This document shows positions 39,740 through 50,028 of a stretch of DNA of 64,000 bases, one piece after another (within the stretch, counting starts at the first letter, position 1; each line of letters starts with the position of its first letter). A program made the translations under genes and the position numbers. The stretch comes from Planctomycetota bacterium (GTDB taxonomy: Bacteria; Planctomycetota; GCA-002687715), in assembly GCA_009691765.1 (NCBI GenBank), contig SIAO01000008.1, positions 16,535 through 80,534 of the forward strand, read 5' to 3'. The notes under the pieces are model-generated. The model made no database searches and had not been told where the DNA came from. It worked only from the letters and a program-made list of their open reading frames with translations.

Positions 39740-40771
39740 TCAACGCGTGATCTCCAATTCGGCAATGCTCTGAACCAAGGCTTCGACACGACCGGGGGCC
39801 TTAGGTAATTCCTGTTCGAGGATCAGATGTGCTTTGGCTGCGTTGGCGGCCGGGAACGAAAGCGTCACGGGCCCTGTGGCCGGCAGCGCCTCGTTGCCGT
39901 GACGCCATGCCTGATAGGCCTGCCCCACACTCGTGCCCGTTGCATCACTGAAAGCAATACGCAGGCGCACCGTGCGACCTTCTGTAGCCGGCAGCGCATG
40001 GCCCGTGAGAGCCGTCAGCACCACCTCCACGTTGTCGCCCTTGAAATTCGCCTTCAATTCAGCGGCTCCGCGCACCACTACGCCGCGCCTTGCACCGCTG
40101 AAGGCATGCACGCGACAGGCCTGTTCGCCGATGGTGTATTTCTCTTTGATCGTTGGCGAAGTCACCAGTTTGCGCTGCACCGCAGGCATATGGCAACTTT
40201 GACAAGTCCGGCCTTCTTTCGCCGCAGTGCCCGCCAAGTAACTCGTGCCCTGATCGTGCTCAGCGCGCGCTTGCGGTTGTCCATGGCAGGAAAGGCACAT
40301 GTCCGCTTTGCGATAACCGTCATCCGCATCGACGCCGCCGTGCCCAGTGCTGTCGTAGGGCCCTAAGTAGCGGTTGCCCTTCATGTGGCAAGTGACGCAA
40401 TTCACTCCAACTTCGCGGTCGTTCTTGCGCGGCAACGGCAGCTTGCCCATGCCTTGCAGCATCAGTTCCTGCGGCGCGTGGCATGGCGCGCAAGATTCGC
40501 CCTTGTCTGCAAGCTCCGCGATAGCCGCCTGAAACACAGGATCGGTCCAGCTCTGCGCGTGCAGCGTGCCTTCCCATTCCTTGCACACATCTTCGTGGCA
40601 CTTGGTGCACGTGCCGACCAAACGCGCGAGGCCTTCACGTTCTGTAGGCTGCGCAGATTCCAACACAGAGCCTTCGGGCGAAGCGCTGGAAGCACCGACT
40701 AACAACAAAGCAGCGGTAACGAGAACGCAAGCACTCAGCAGTAGGCGCATGACGCCGGACATCATACGCAA
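39740..40771 (-). CDS. Exported pentaheme c-type cytochrome
   Basis: Signal peptide; CTKCH, CAPCH, CVTCH, CLSCH, CQSCH. Confidence 0.9.
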   Translation of the reverse strand: MRMMSGVMRLLLSACVLVTAALLLVGASSASPEGSVLESAQPTEREGLARLVGTCTKCHEDVCKEWEGTLHAQSWTDPVFQAAIAELADKGESCAPCHAPQELMLQGMGKLPLPRKNDREVGVNCVTCHMKGNRYLGPYDSTGHGGVDADDGYRKADMCLSCHGQPQARAEHDQGTSYLAGTAAKEGRTCQSCHMPAVQRKLVTSPTIKEKYTIGEQACRVHAFSGARRGVVVRGAAELKANFKGDNVEVVLTALTGHALPATEGRTVRLRIAFSDATGTSVGQAYQAWRHGNEALPATGPVTLSFPAANAAKAHLILEQELPKAPGRVEALVQSIAELEITR

Positions 40772-41775
40772 CGGCCGATAGCCGCCGCGATAGCACTCGC
40801 AGTGCGCACCAGTTCTTGGAACTCAGCGGAGCGGAGCGCTTGGCGCCCATCCGACAGCGCCTTCTCAGGCTCCTCGTGCACTTCGACAATCAACCCGTCG
40901 GCACCGGCTGCGACGGCTGCAAACGCCGCGCTCGCCACCAATTCGCTACGCCCTGTGGCATGGCTTGGATCCACGATCACGGGCAAATGCGTGAGCCGCT
41001 TCAGCACGGGCACAGCCATCACATCGAGGAGATTGCGCGTGTGGCGGTCGAAACTGCGCAGACCGCGCTCACACAACACCACCTGTGCATTACCGCGCAC
41101 AAGGATGTACTCGGCGGAAGCCAAGAACTCATCCAACTCCGACATCATGCCGCGCTTCAGCAACACCGGCTTGTTGGTGCGGGCTGCTGCTTCGAGCAAA
41201 GGAAAGTTTTGCACGCTGCGCGAACCAATCTGCAGCATGTCGGCATAACTCGCCACGAGCTCGGCTTGTTCAGGAGCCATGACTTCTGTCACTACCGCAA
41301 GTTCGAACTCGTCGGCGATCTTGCGCAACAGTTCCAGCCCGCGTTCGCCCAGCCCTTGGAACGCATACGGCGAGGTGCGTGGTTTGAAAGCACCACCGCG
41401 CAACACGCGCACACCAGCTTTGGCCACGGCCTCGGCGACCGTACGCAACTGATCTTCGCTCTCGACGGCGCAAGGCCCGCCGATGATCTCCACTCGGGAC
41501 GCTCCGAAAACAGCGCGCCCGACGCTGACTTCTGTGTTGCGTCCTTGCAGCAAACGCGCAGCGAGCACATAGGGCGCATCTGATGGCAGAACTCGCTCGA
41601 CGCAGGGCAGCCGTTCGTAGCGAACCGCTTGTTCAGGGGCTCCACCCCGCACCCGAACCATGGTGCGCGTGCCGGTGCGCGTCACGGATACTTCGGCAAC
41701 GCCCAGAGCCTCCGCTGAGTCCAAGACTCCGCGGACTTCCTGTTCACTGACGCCTTCTTTGAGCAAGACAAACAT
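40762..41775 (-). CDS. aroF: DAHP synthase type I-beta with N-terminal regulatory domain
   Basis: GGPCAVES, RGGAFKPRTSPY, LKRG, CERG, DPSHATG, EVH, SDG. Confidence 0.95.
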   Translation of the reverse strand: MFVLLKEGVSEQEVRGVLDSAEALGVAEVSVTRTGTRTMVRVRGGAPEQAVRYERLPCVERVLPSDAPYVLAARLLQGRNTEVSVGRAVFGASRVEIIGGPCAVESEDQLRTVAEAVAKAGVRVLRGGAFKPRTSPYAFQGLGERGLELLRKIADEFELAVVTEVMAPEQAELVASYADMLQIGSRSVQNFPLLEAAARTNKPVLLKRGMMSELDEFLASAEYILVRGNAQVVLCERGLRSFDRHTRNLLDVMAVPVLKRLTHLPVIVDPSHATGRSELVASAAFAAVAAGADGLIVEVHEEPEKALSDGRQALRSAEFQELVRTASAIAAAIGRCV

Positions 41776-43415
41776 GGTGGTGGCGGCTCCGCACGGAGCG
41801 ACCGCCGTGAAGAAACTACCAGCACGCTCACGAATCCCAACGCAGGCACACGTCCTTGTCGCCCCAACGGCTCAAATCGCCCATGAAGCCCCTGTGACTT
41901 TGCGTCAACCTCGAAACCCCTCTGAATCAGCGAGCAAGTCGGCACCAGTTGGATGACGCGCCCCGCGTGCTCAAGCAGCAATGGCGGACCCAGCGCAAAC
42001 ACAGCCGACAACGCAGGCTGCTCCTGCAACAGAGCTTCCCAACGCTCCGATCCCTCTTCCACTCGTTCAAGACGCGCGGCCCAAGGGTCGGATGCAGCCA
42101 AAACCAGAGCCAATTCTGTCCAACCAGCATCTCGGCGCAGCAGAGTCCGTCCGCCGAGCAGCGCCACCGAGCCCGCTGCACCGTCATCGTCGCCAGGCGC
42201 GACAAGCGTGCGCATGCGCTGCAACTGCTCCGATGTCGCCGCAGCGCTACCCACCCAACGCGATGGTGACGGAGCTTTGGACTGCGGCACCAACCAAGCA
42301 CCCGTCCACGGAGTCAGCACCCCATAGCGCTGGCTGAGGTCGCGTGCTTCACGAAGAATCTCCGGAGTCTCGCCCTGAAGTCGCATGAGATCGAGCAACA
42401 CACCAATGCGGCGCGTGGCGTGCAGGCGCGGGACAAAGGCTGTCAAATCGCCACCTGCGCTGAAATCGACGGCCTTGCTGAAGCTCACAGGACCGGTTGC
42501 GGATTCGGCACTCACCTTGAGCTGTGCCCGTGGCCCGCCCGACCAACGCCCCGTGATCAACACCTGCGACCCGCGAAACACATCAGGCAGTGTTTGTGGC
42601 GTGACCTGCGTGAGAGTGACGCCTTCAGCCCGCACGTCCAGTTGGGTCAAGCGTGGCTCTGCGAGGCGCCGGAAGAAGCGTTCGACAACAGGCGCGAGGT
42701 CTTCCCCAGCAGCGACGTAGGCGCGCTCGCCGCCACTGCGCTCCGCCAACAAGTCGAGCAGTTCTACTCGAACGTCGTTGCCGATGCCGAACACGAACAC
42801 GCGCGCGCCGCTGAGATTCGCGCGAGCTACTTGACCCCAAATGCTGACGCTCGCTGTGACACCCACCGTTGGAGCACCATCGGTGAGCAACACCACGAAT
42901 CGCGGTGTGCGCGCTACGCGCAACGTAGTGAAAGCAAGCTCCAAGGCTGCAGCGAGGTTTGTGCCACCCTCCGCGGTGAGCGCGGCAACGCTCGCGAGAG
43001 CCTGCTGCTGATGCGCCGCATCCGCGTTGACGAAATCCTGCTGCACTTTGGCGGTGGATGCAAAGGTCACGACTGGCCTTCGAGCTTCGCACCATCGGCG
43101 TGCACGGCGCAAGAATCCGGAACCAGTCCGGTCGGCAAAGCGCAAACGAAACGGCCTGTCACCACACTGCCGTTGGGATTGCGCAAACACACGCTCAGCC
43201 GCACGCGAGCAATGTTGTCCGTCACTTCCAGACGGCCATCAACACCCACGACTTCAGCGGGCAGCAGCTTCAGCACAGCGGACGCAGGCGGGCTAGGACA
43301 ACGCAAGTCCAGCAGCGCTTGACCAGCAAGGGCGCAGGTGAAAAGCGCAGGTGAAAAGCTCAGGCAGAAAGATGGAAATGTAAATGCAGTGAAGCATCAG
43401 AGGCACGGCGGGCAT
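41682..43415 (-). pseudogene. Disrupted VIT-vWA (inter-alpha-trypsin inhibitor-like) gene
   Basis: 13-bp tandem duplication at 43332-43357 shifts the leader. VIT-like fragment (ARVRLSVCLRNP...LP) stops at 43067. The vWA second half (GGTNL, LLTDGAP, FGIGNDV, LAERSGG) is in another frame and the DxSxS MIDAS motif is missing. Confidence 0.75.
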
Positions 43416-43469
43416 GCTCCCCACACCTTCAGACGCGGCCGTGCGACCGAGGTTCCGAACCCATAGCCG

Positions 43470-44747
43470 TTAGCGCTGCTCGCCGCAGTCCCCGCACTGA
43501 CCCGAACGCGTCCAGCGCACACGAACCCGCATGTTTTGAGGTTGAATCCGAGTATTCAACAAAGTGCCGAAATCCACCATGATCATCCCGACTTTGACAG
43601 GCATCGGTGCGCTCACGTTCCCCTGCTGAACAAAGATGATGGGCCCGATCACAGGGTCGTCTCGGAGGCGGTCGATGTGTTCCCCCGGCAGAATCAAAGC
43701 CTCGCCCGAGAGCATGACCAGCGAAGAGGCACCCACTTGCCCGCAGCGACGCAGGCATTCCGCTTCCATGTAGCGCGCGAGTTGTTCTATGCGCGATGTA
43801 TGCGGCGGCTGCGTGCCATTACTTTGCTGTACGCGCAAACGCGCAAAGCCAGCGCGCGCTTCGGCAGGATGTGCCTGTAGCAGATTCGCATGAGCCTGCA
43901 TGAAACGCGACACATCCTGCGACGCACGACCTTGCGCGGGCATCGTGGACTTTTCTGCCATTTCGCTTTGGCACGCTTGCTTCAAGGCTTTGTGACCTTC
44001 GTTGGAAGTGAACCACACGCCGTGAGGGATGCTCGCCGTCAATTCCGACAGTGAACCTGCCGCCGCCCAGAAGCGACTTGCACCCACCACTGCCTGGAGA
44101 TTCCCGACAGTGTGGCCGCCCTGCTCCAACTGTTGTCGCAGTGCACGTGAGCACGCACGCCATTCACGCAAGTATTCGCGCGTTGCGCTGGCTTCCGGCA
44201 AATCGGCGCACCAACTACTCCGCTGAGATTGCGATTCAAGTATTTCGGCATCCAACAGACACAGTTGTTTGTCCAACAACAAATCCGCTTCTTCGCCAGC
44301 CTCTGGTGGCATGGCCATGATTTGACGACCGAGCAAAACCGCCGCCTCGTTGTGGTCCTTCAGGCGCTGAGGGAAAAGCCCTGCTGCGAGCACGGGAGTC
44401 GCGGGTTGCACGCCGGCGGATGTTGGCTGCGAATCGCGGCCCAATTGAAAAGCCGCCAGACTGCACAACACGAGAACCAGCGCAGCAGCAGCGCCAGTGC
44501 GCCATTGCGAAAAGCTCCACCGAACCGTATGCGGCTGAGCGAGAACCAAAGGAGGCACGACAACGTCTGACGCGAGCAACCGACGCGCGCTCGATTGCAT
44601 CGTCCGGTAGCCGCGCAGCGTTTCAGCGCAAGCCGCACACGCCTCGACGTGCTGCCTGAGCGCGAGCTTCGGCTCGGCTGCAAGCCGACCGTCCAAGTCT
44701 TCAGAGAAATGACCACGAGCTTGTTGGCAGTTGAGGGGATCCATCAC
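43470..44747 (-). CDS. Zinc-finger (zf-HC2) anti-sigma factor with TM helix and periplasmic domain
   Basis: C...LDGRL...HVEACAAC; TM AAAALVLVLCSLAAF; ATGA overlap with sigma gene. Confidence 0.85.
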   Translation of the reverse strand: MMDPLNCQQARGHFSEDLDGRLAAEPKLALRQHVEACAACAETLRGYRTMQSSARRLLASDVVVPPLVLAQPHTVRWSFSQWRTGAAAALVLVLCSLAAFQLGRDSQPTSAGVQPATPVLAAGLFPQRLKDHNEAAVLLGRQIMAMPPEAGEEADLLLDKQLCLLDAEILESQSQRSSWCADLPEASATREYLREWRACSRALRQQLEQGGHTVGNLQAVVGASRFWAAAGSLSELTASIPHGVWFTSNEGHKALKQACQSEMAEKSTMPAQGRASQDVSRFMQAHANLLQAHPAEARAGFARLRVQQSNGTQPPHTSRIEQLARYMEAECLRRCGQVGASSLVMLSGEALILPGEHIDRLRDDPVIGPIIFVQQGNVSAPMPVKVGMIMVDFGTLLNTRIQPQNMRVRVRWTRSGQCGDCGEQR

Positions 44748-45376
44748 ATCTCGATTCCGGTTTCATCCAAGTGCTGTTTCATGTTCTCGTACACCTGCTC
44801 TCGCGCGCGCGACAAACGGGAAGAGACCGTCTTGATGGGGCATCCGATAATCTTCGCTGCCTCTTCGTAGGAGAGCTCTTGCACAGCGCACAGGAGAAAC
44901 ACAAGGCGCAGCTTTGGTGACAGTCGTGCCACCTGCTGCTCAAGGAGCGTCGCGAATTCGTTGGATTGGGATTGTTCCCAAGGGCTAGGCGATGACAGGT
45001 CTGCCACTTGCACTTCGTCGCTTTCGACGTCGCCATATTCACCACCAATAGCCACGAGCGGCAGACGGCGACGGCGCAAATGGTCGATGCAAGCGTTGCG
45101 CGCAATCGTGAACAACCAAGTGGACAGGTGCGCGCTCGGATCAAACGTCTCTGACTTGCGATAGACCTTCAAGAACACTTCTTGCAAGAGGTCATCGCCG
45201 CTGTCACGGTCGCCGACATAGCGCGAAATGAACGCACGCACTCTGGGCGCGAAGAGGAGGTAGAGCTGGTCGAAAGCGTGGCGGTTCCCTGCCACGAATG
45301 CGGCCATCAACTCCTCGGCATTAGGCTCCGTGGGGTGTGTTTTCACGCTCACTAGGGACTCTTGCATCATCAACAT
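44744..45376 (-). CDS. ECF RNA polymerase sigma-70 factor
   Basis: DLLQEVFLKV, TWLFTIARNACIDHLRR, LSYEEAAKIIGCPIKTVSSRLSRAR. Confidence 0.95.
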   Translation of the reverse strand: MLMMQESLVSVKTHPTEPNAEELMAAFVAGNRHAFDQLYLLFAPRVRAFISRYVGDRDSGDDLLQEVFLKVYRKSETFDPSAHLSTWLFTIARNACIDHLRRRRLPLVAIGGEYGDVESDEVQVADLSSPSPWEQSQSNEFATLLEQQVARLSPKLRLVFLLCAVQELSYEEAAKIIGCPIKTVSSRLSRAREQVYENMKQHLDETGIEM

Positions 45377-45467
45377 AGGAGCCGTCCGGTCGACAAGGCC
45401 CCATACGAGCAGGGTGGCATCCTACTCCGTGACCGATGCCCAAACCTCGAAGGCGAAAAACTGCGCG

Positions 45468-46571
45468 CTAAAGCAGCTTCGCGAGAGCCTGAACCACCTC
45501 AACCTGCTCGGCTTCTCTCAATCCCGGCGCGATGGGAAGTGCCAGCACTTCGCGCGAGGCCTGCTCTGCCACGGGGAAATCGCCGGGCCGATGCCCAAGA
45601 AAGGCGCAACAAGGTTGGAGAGAAAGCGGCAAGGGGTAGTACACGGCAGCGCCGATCGCAGCGCGCTTCAAGCCCTGCAACACAGCGTCTCTGCGCTCGG
45701 GGATGCGCACCACATATTGATGCACACTGTGGCCGGCATCGATCAGCGGCAACCTCAAGCGACCTTCGAGGCCTGCAGTCGCGAACAGCGCCGCGTAGCG
45801 CTGTGCATTGGCACGACGCTCCGCTTGCGCCGCATCAAGAAACGGAAGCGACGCGAGCAACACCGCTGCCTGGATTGTGTCCATGCGAAAGTTGCCGCCA
45901 AGCTCCACATGTTCGTAGGGCGCAGCTTGGCCGTGAGCGCGCATACGTCGCAGCCGCACCGCGAGCGCGGCATCGCGGGTTGTCACGAGACCTGCGTCCC
46001 CCGCAGCGCCGAGGTTTTTCGTGGGGAAAAAAGAGAAGCACCCGATGCGGCCTATCGTGCCCGCGAGGCGACCAGCTTGGTCGCGACTATCCAACGCTTG
46101 GCAGGCATCTTCAATGATCGGGATTTGCGGAAGTGCGTCCTGCCAGGGCGCAAGCTCCATGCACGCTCCAAAAAGATGCGCGGGCAACAGAGCTCGTGCA
46201 GCAGCGCACTGACGCAGATCTGCAGCAGCGAGATTCATGCCGTAATGCTCAGGCTCAATGTCGACGAAATGGGGGCGCGCGCCAAGACGCAGCAGAACCC
46301 CAACGGTGGCGAAGAACGAAAATGGCGTCGTGACCACTGTGTCGCCGCGCTCCACACCGCACGCCATGAGTGCCATGGTGAGCGCATCGGTTCCGCTGGA
46401 AACACCCACAGCATGCACGTCGCCCAAGCGCTGGCCGGCGGCGTTTTCAAACGCGGACACTTCCGCACCAAGAATGAAGCGTTTGTGTTCGAGCACACGC
46501 AACACCGCATCGCGGATGGCTTCCGCCTGCGCGGCAGGCATGCGTTGAAAATCTACAAACGGGACAGTCAT
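45468..46571 (-). CDS. DegT/DnrJ/EryC1/StrS aminotransferase (WbpE-like)
   Basis: VSSGTDAL, IEDACQA, SFFPTKNLGAAGDAG, GGNFRMDTIQAA. Confidence 0.93.
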   Translation of the reverse strand: MTVPFVDFQRMPAAQAEAIRDAVLRVLEHKRFILGAEVSAFENAAGQRLGDVHAVGVSSGTDALTMALMACGVERGDTVVTTPFSFFATVGVLLRLGARPHFVDIEPEHYGMNLAAADLRQCAAARALLPAHLFGACMELAPWQDALPQIPIIEDACQALDSRDQAGRLAGTIGRIGCFSFFPTKNLGAAGDAGLVTTRDAALAVRLRRMRAHGQAAPYEHVELGGNFRMDTIQAAVLLASLPFLDAAQAERRANAQRYAALFATAGLEGRLRLPLIDAGHSVHQYVVRIPERRDAVLQGLKRAAIGAAVYYPLPLSLQPCCAFLGHRPGDFPVAEQASREVLALPIAPGLREAEQVEVVQALAKLL

Positions 46572-46592
46572 CGTGGATTCAACCGGTATGTC

Positions 46593-47168
46593 TCAAACGC
46601 CCGCGTTCTGACGCAAGCCATCAAAGTCGCGCGAGTATTCGCGCCCACAACTGGCACACGACAGCGGCGGACCCAGTTTTTCGCCGCAACGGCACACGAA
46701 TCCAAGAGGTCGCGCCGGAACGCCAGCGACCAGCACAAACGGTGCGACCGAATGTGTGACCACCGCACCGGCTGCGATGAAAGCTCCTTCTCCGAGTCTG
46801 ACACCGCAGATGATCGTCGCATTGGCGCCAATGCTGACGCCGGAGCCCACATAGGTGTTTTCGTAGCGATCGCGCCTAGGAAACGCCGCGCGCGGGCGTG
46901 TGACATTGGTGAACACTGCCGAAGGACCAACAAAAACATCGTCTCCGAGCAGCACTCCGTCGTACAGACTGACATTGTTCTGGATGCGACAGCCACGCCC
47001 GATGCGCACACTGCCGGCCACAAAAACGCCTTGACCCAGCACGCAATCAGCGCCGATTTCAGCACCGCGCATCACATGACAATGGCGCCAGATCTTCGTG
47101 CCGCTGCCGACGACAGCTCCAGCTTCCACTTCTGCTGCGGGGTGAACGAAGACTGATGCGTCACTCAT
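46593..47168 (-). CDS. Hexapeptide N-acetyltransferase (WbpD-like)
   Basis: KIWRHCHV, IQNNVSLYDGV, GPSAVFTNV..PR, SIGANATIICG, GVPAR, CRCG/CASCG. Confidence 0.92.
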   Translation of the reverse strand: MSDASVFVHPAAEVEAGAVVGSGTKIWRHCHVMRGAEIGADCVLGQGVFVAGSVRIGRGCRIQNNVSLYDGVLLGDDVFVGPSAVFTNVTRPRAAFPRRDRYENTYVGSGVSIGANATIICGVRLGEGAFIAAGAVVTHSVAPFVLVAGVPARPLGFVCRCGEKLGPPLSCASCGREYSRDFDGLRQNAGV

Positions 47169-48163
47169 GGGCACCCAGCCTCGAGCGCAACGCAGTCAAG
47201 CGCAATACCGCCTTCCAGCAAACTCTGACGCGCCGTCTCCAACACCCGCAACACTTCGAGACCGTGTCGCGCGCCTGTCAGCGGCTCGGCACGATCCTCC
47301 ATGCGCGCCACAAAATGGGCCAACTCATTCGCGAGTGGTTCCTCGCGCGGAAACTCGATGCACCGCCCTTGGTCGCGCGCTGCCACATTCAACGTGCCGC
47401 CAGCAATGGCGCCAGCATCAAACAAAGTGAGGCTGCCGCCCATGCGATCGTCCGTGAATGCGGCCATGCGCTGCTCACCCACCACAACAAGGCGATGCTC
47501 TTTGGTCGGATGCAACCAACTAACAAAGATGTGGCCGCGAATTCCTTCAGGAAACTCAAGATGCGTCACAGTGACATCGGCCCGGCCCGCACGCAGATAG
47601 CTGCCGCCATGCGCGCCCACCCGTAGCGGCCAGTGGCCCGTCAAGTCCAAGAACGCCGCGATGTCGTGCGGCGCGAAGGACCACAAGATGTCTTCGCTTT
47701 CGCGCACGGTGCCGAGATTGAGACGATTCGAATAGAGATAGCGGATGCGCCCAAGCTCGCCGGCACGCAGTAGCTGACGCAACTGCACCAAAGCCGGATG
47801 ATAGAGCGTGATGTGCCCGACCATGAGCACACGTCCGAGACGACGGCTAAGCCGAGCTAACTCTTCACCCTCCGCTTCGTCGAGCGTGAGCGGTTTCTCC
47901 ACCAATACGTCCTTGCCGGCGAGCAGCGCAGCACGCGCGATTTCGAAGTGAGTTCTGGCCGGAGTGGCAACGATGACGCCACGCACGCCAGGATCATCGA
48001 GCACCGCTTGCAAGGAATCACGCCGAAACTCGGGCGCTACACGCATCAAGGCGGCGCCGTCGATGTCATGCGCTGCACGCAGCCAGCCGTGGGCGTCCAG
48101 CACGCGGCAGTGGTTACGGCCCCAAGGACCGACGCCGAGGACTGCGAGAAATGGAGGCGACAT
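47165..48163 (-). CDS. Gfo/Idh/MocA oxidoreductase (WbpB-like)
   Basis: GVGPWG, VEKPL, NRLNLG, WSFAPHDI, VSWLHP.KE. Confidence 0.9.
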   Translation of the reverse strand: MSPPFLAVLGVGPWGRNHCRVLDAHGWLRAAHDIDGAALMRVAPEFRRDSLQAVLDDPGVRGVIVATPARTHFEIARAALLAGKDVLVEKPLTLDEAEGEELARLSRRLGRVLMVGHITLYHPALVQLRQLLRAGELGRIRYLYSNRLNLGTVRESEDILWSFAPHDIAAFLDLTGHWPLRVGAHGGSYLRAGRADVTVTHLEFPEGIRGHIFVSWLHPTKEHRLVVVGEQRMAAFTDDRMGGSLTLFDAGAIAGGTLNVAARDQGRCIEFPREEPLANELAHFVARMEDRAEPLTGARHGLEVLRVLETARQSLLEGGIALDCVALEAGCP

Positions 48164-48219
48164 CGGCGAACACTATAGAACGAGGCCGCGCTTTCGGCAG
48201 AGCCGGGGCGAAGATCAGA

Positions 48220-48888
48220 TCACTTGTCGCCTTCGCCACCGCGTCGTGAGGGCCCTGCCGGACGCACCTTCTGCATCGCCTCCATGAAACTTGCAGCCTG
48301 GGCTTCGTCCAAAAACGCCTTCAGCGCCGTCCGGCTTTCTTTTTCGAGATTCTGAAGCGCCGCGCGCACTTCTTCCTTGGTCAATACCCCATCGCGAGCC
48401 TGAGCAAAGAGGTCTTGTGTCTTGGTGCGCTGTTCCTCGAAATGCGCCTTGACCTTCACTTCCTGCTCAGGGGTGAGGTTGGCGGCCTTCGCGGCGATGA
48501 CAAAACGGTTCTCAAGAACATCATTAGGCGGCCTTTTCCCATCGTGCCCACCTTCCTGTTTGGCACGGCGTTGCTCCATCTTGGCGATCACGTCCTTTGC
48601 GGCTCGTGCCCGAAGCGCATCGTTGCCTTCAGCGGCATCCTTCAATTGTGGCATGGCGAGCTTGCCCAAGCGCAGTAGCGCTTCGTGGGCGGAGCTGCGG
48701 ATGGCCTCGTTGGGATGAACCATGCGCTCGGCAAGCATGCGCACCCATTCCACGACCTCTGGATCCGGTGCCTTCTCCTGCGGCGACGCGATGGGCTTCT
48801 TCGCTGGAGCACTCGGCTCCTGTTGCGCTAACAGCGGACCTGCCCCAAGAATGATGCCAAGCAGGAGATGAAGAATTGTAGGTTTCAT
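48220..48888 (-). CDS. Secreted helical hypothetical protein (HEAT-like segment plus LTxxQ motif)
   Basis: Signal peptide MKPTILHLLLGIILGAGPLLA; IRSSAHEALLRLG; NLTPEQ. Confidence 0.75.
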   Translation of the reverse strand: MKPTILHLLLGIILGAGPLLAQQEPSAPAKKPIASPQEKAPDPEVVEWVRMLAERMVHPNEAIRSSAHEALLRLGKLAMPQLKDAAEGNDALRARAAKDVIAKMEQRRAKQEGGHDGKRPPNDVLENRFVIAAKAANLTPEQEVKVKAHFEEQRTKTQDLFAQARDGVLTKEEVRAALQNLEKESRTALKAFLDEAQAASFMEAMQKVRPAGPSRRGGEGDK

Positions 48889-48955
48889 GAAAAGACTCCG
48901 CAGTGCGCCAAGTGCACCACGGAGTTTACAGCCTTCCTCGGGCAGTCTTTCGCGA

Positions 48956-49681
48956 TCAGTTACGGCCAGCCTTGTACTGGCGTTTGTCGACGGCGTATTT
49001 TTTCAGCAAACGCGAGAGTTGCCCGCGGTCCATATTCAGAGATCTCGCAGCCAAAGCGATGTTTCCGTGGGACTCGCGGAGACGTGCCCGGATCAAGCGG
49101 CGCTCGTAATTGCGCTTGGATTCGCACAAAGACAGGGTGCCGGGAATCACATCTTCGCCCTCCACAGCGCCCATGGTCTTAAGTTCGTGAAAGTGAGCGG
49201 CATTGTCGAGCGCGATTCCGAGATGTCGTCCGACAAGGCCGACCATGTCGATGGCCGGACTGCCGAAGCGGTGCTCAAGATCGCCGAGGACCAGCAGCAA
49301 GCTGCCATGCACTCGTGCGCCCATGGCCAGCGGTACCGCAAGCACTCTTGTTGCGCCCTGACCATCAAGAATGGCATTGAGACTGGACATGGACTTCTGG
49401 GTCAGCAGCTGCACATGTGCTGGAGCGACGGCTTCAACGCCCTTGCCGCCAAACGGATAGTGCCGTTCCACACCGTCCTGTTTCGTGACGATTACACCCG
49501 ATACATGCCCGAACACGCCGCGAATGCACTCCACCGCCATCGGTAGAAGCCGCTCCGATTCCTGCACTTGGTGCAGTTTCAAGCTGGCGTCCACTAACTG
49601 GCGGTAGGCACCACTCCGAGCATCTAGCTCACGGAGGCGTTCAGGCTGACTCAAACCCTGTGTTGCTTGAAATGTATCCAT
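48956..49681 (-). CDS. GAF-like plus Fis-type HTH regulator without AAA+ domain
   Basis: SD AAAGAGG; LAVPL...G.L...LGIALDNA (GAF); ERRLI..L....GNIALAARSLNMDRGQLSRLLKKY (HTH_8). Confidence 0.85.
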   Translation of the reverse strand: MDTFQATQGLSQPERLRELDARSGAYRQLVDASLKLHQVQESERLLPMAVECIRGVFGHVSGVIVTKQDGVERHYPFGGKGVEAVAPAHVQLLTQKSMSSLNAILDGQGATRVLAVPLAMGARVHGSLLLVLGDLEHRFGSPAIDMVGLVGRHLGIALDNAAHFHELKTMGAVEGEDVIPGTLSLCESKRNYERRLIRARLRESHGNIALAARSLNMDRGQLSRLLKKYAVDKRQYKAGRN

Positions 49682-49849
49682 GGACAAACCTCTTTCTTGA
49701 TATCGGCAGCGTGCTTCTGAGCCTTCATTTCTTACGCCGCAATTCACGATTTGTCAGGTTTCCACCCTTTACACAGAAGAGAGCTTCAATTCACGCGGAC
49801 GTTGCAATCTTTTCACGGTCGTATTCTCGGCTTCCATGACTTCCTATAT

Positions 49850-49878
49850 CAAGCTGACTCACACGATTTGTCAGCTTG
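49850..49878. promoter_or_regulatory. Palindromic operator candidate CAAGCTGAC-N11-GTCAGCTTG
   Basis: Perfect 9-bp arms; CACGATTTGTCAG repeated at 49745-49757 and 49862-49874. Confidence 0.55.
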
Positions 49879-50028
49879 TTGAGCATCTATGGTGATCGCG
49901 ATGACTTAGGTGCGCTCAATCAGCCATGACCAACGCCGACAGCGGGAAAAAGCAACACGGGCTTCAGGTCGGTGTAGACCCAAAGCCCGTGATTTCGCGT
50001 GCGGAGAAACCCCGCCTTTGCGAGTTGA

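Noticed and set aside
45330-47156. 608-aa plus-strand ORF (also 2136-3620, 16502-17641, 59188-60195)
   Set aside because: Antisense shadows of well-supported genes, expected at high GC, with no motifs.
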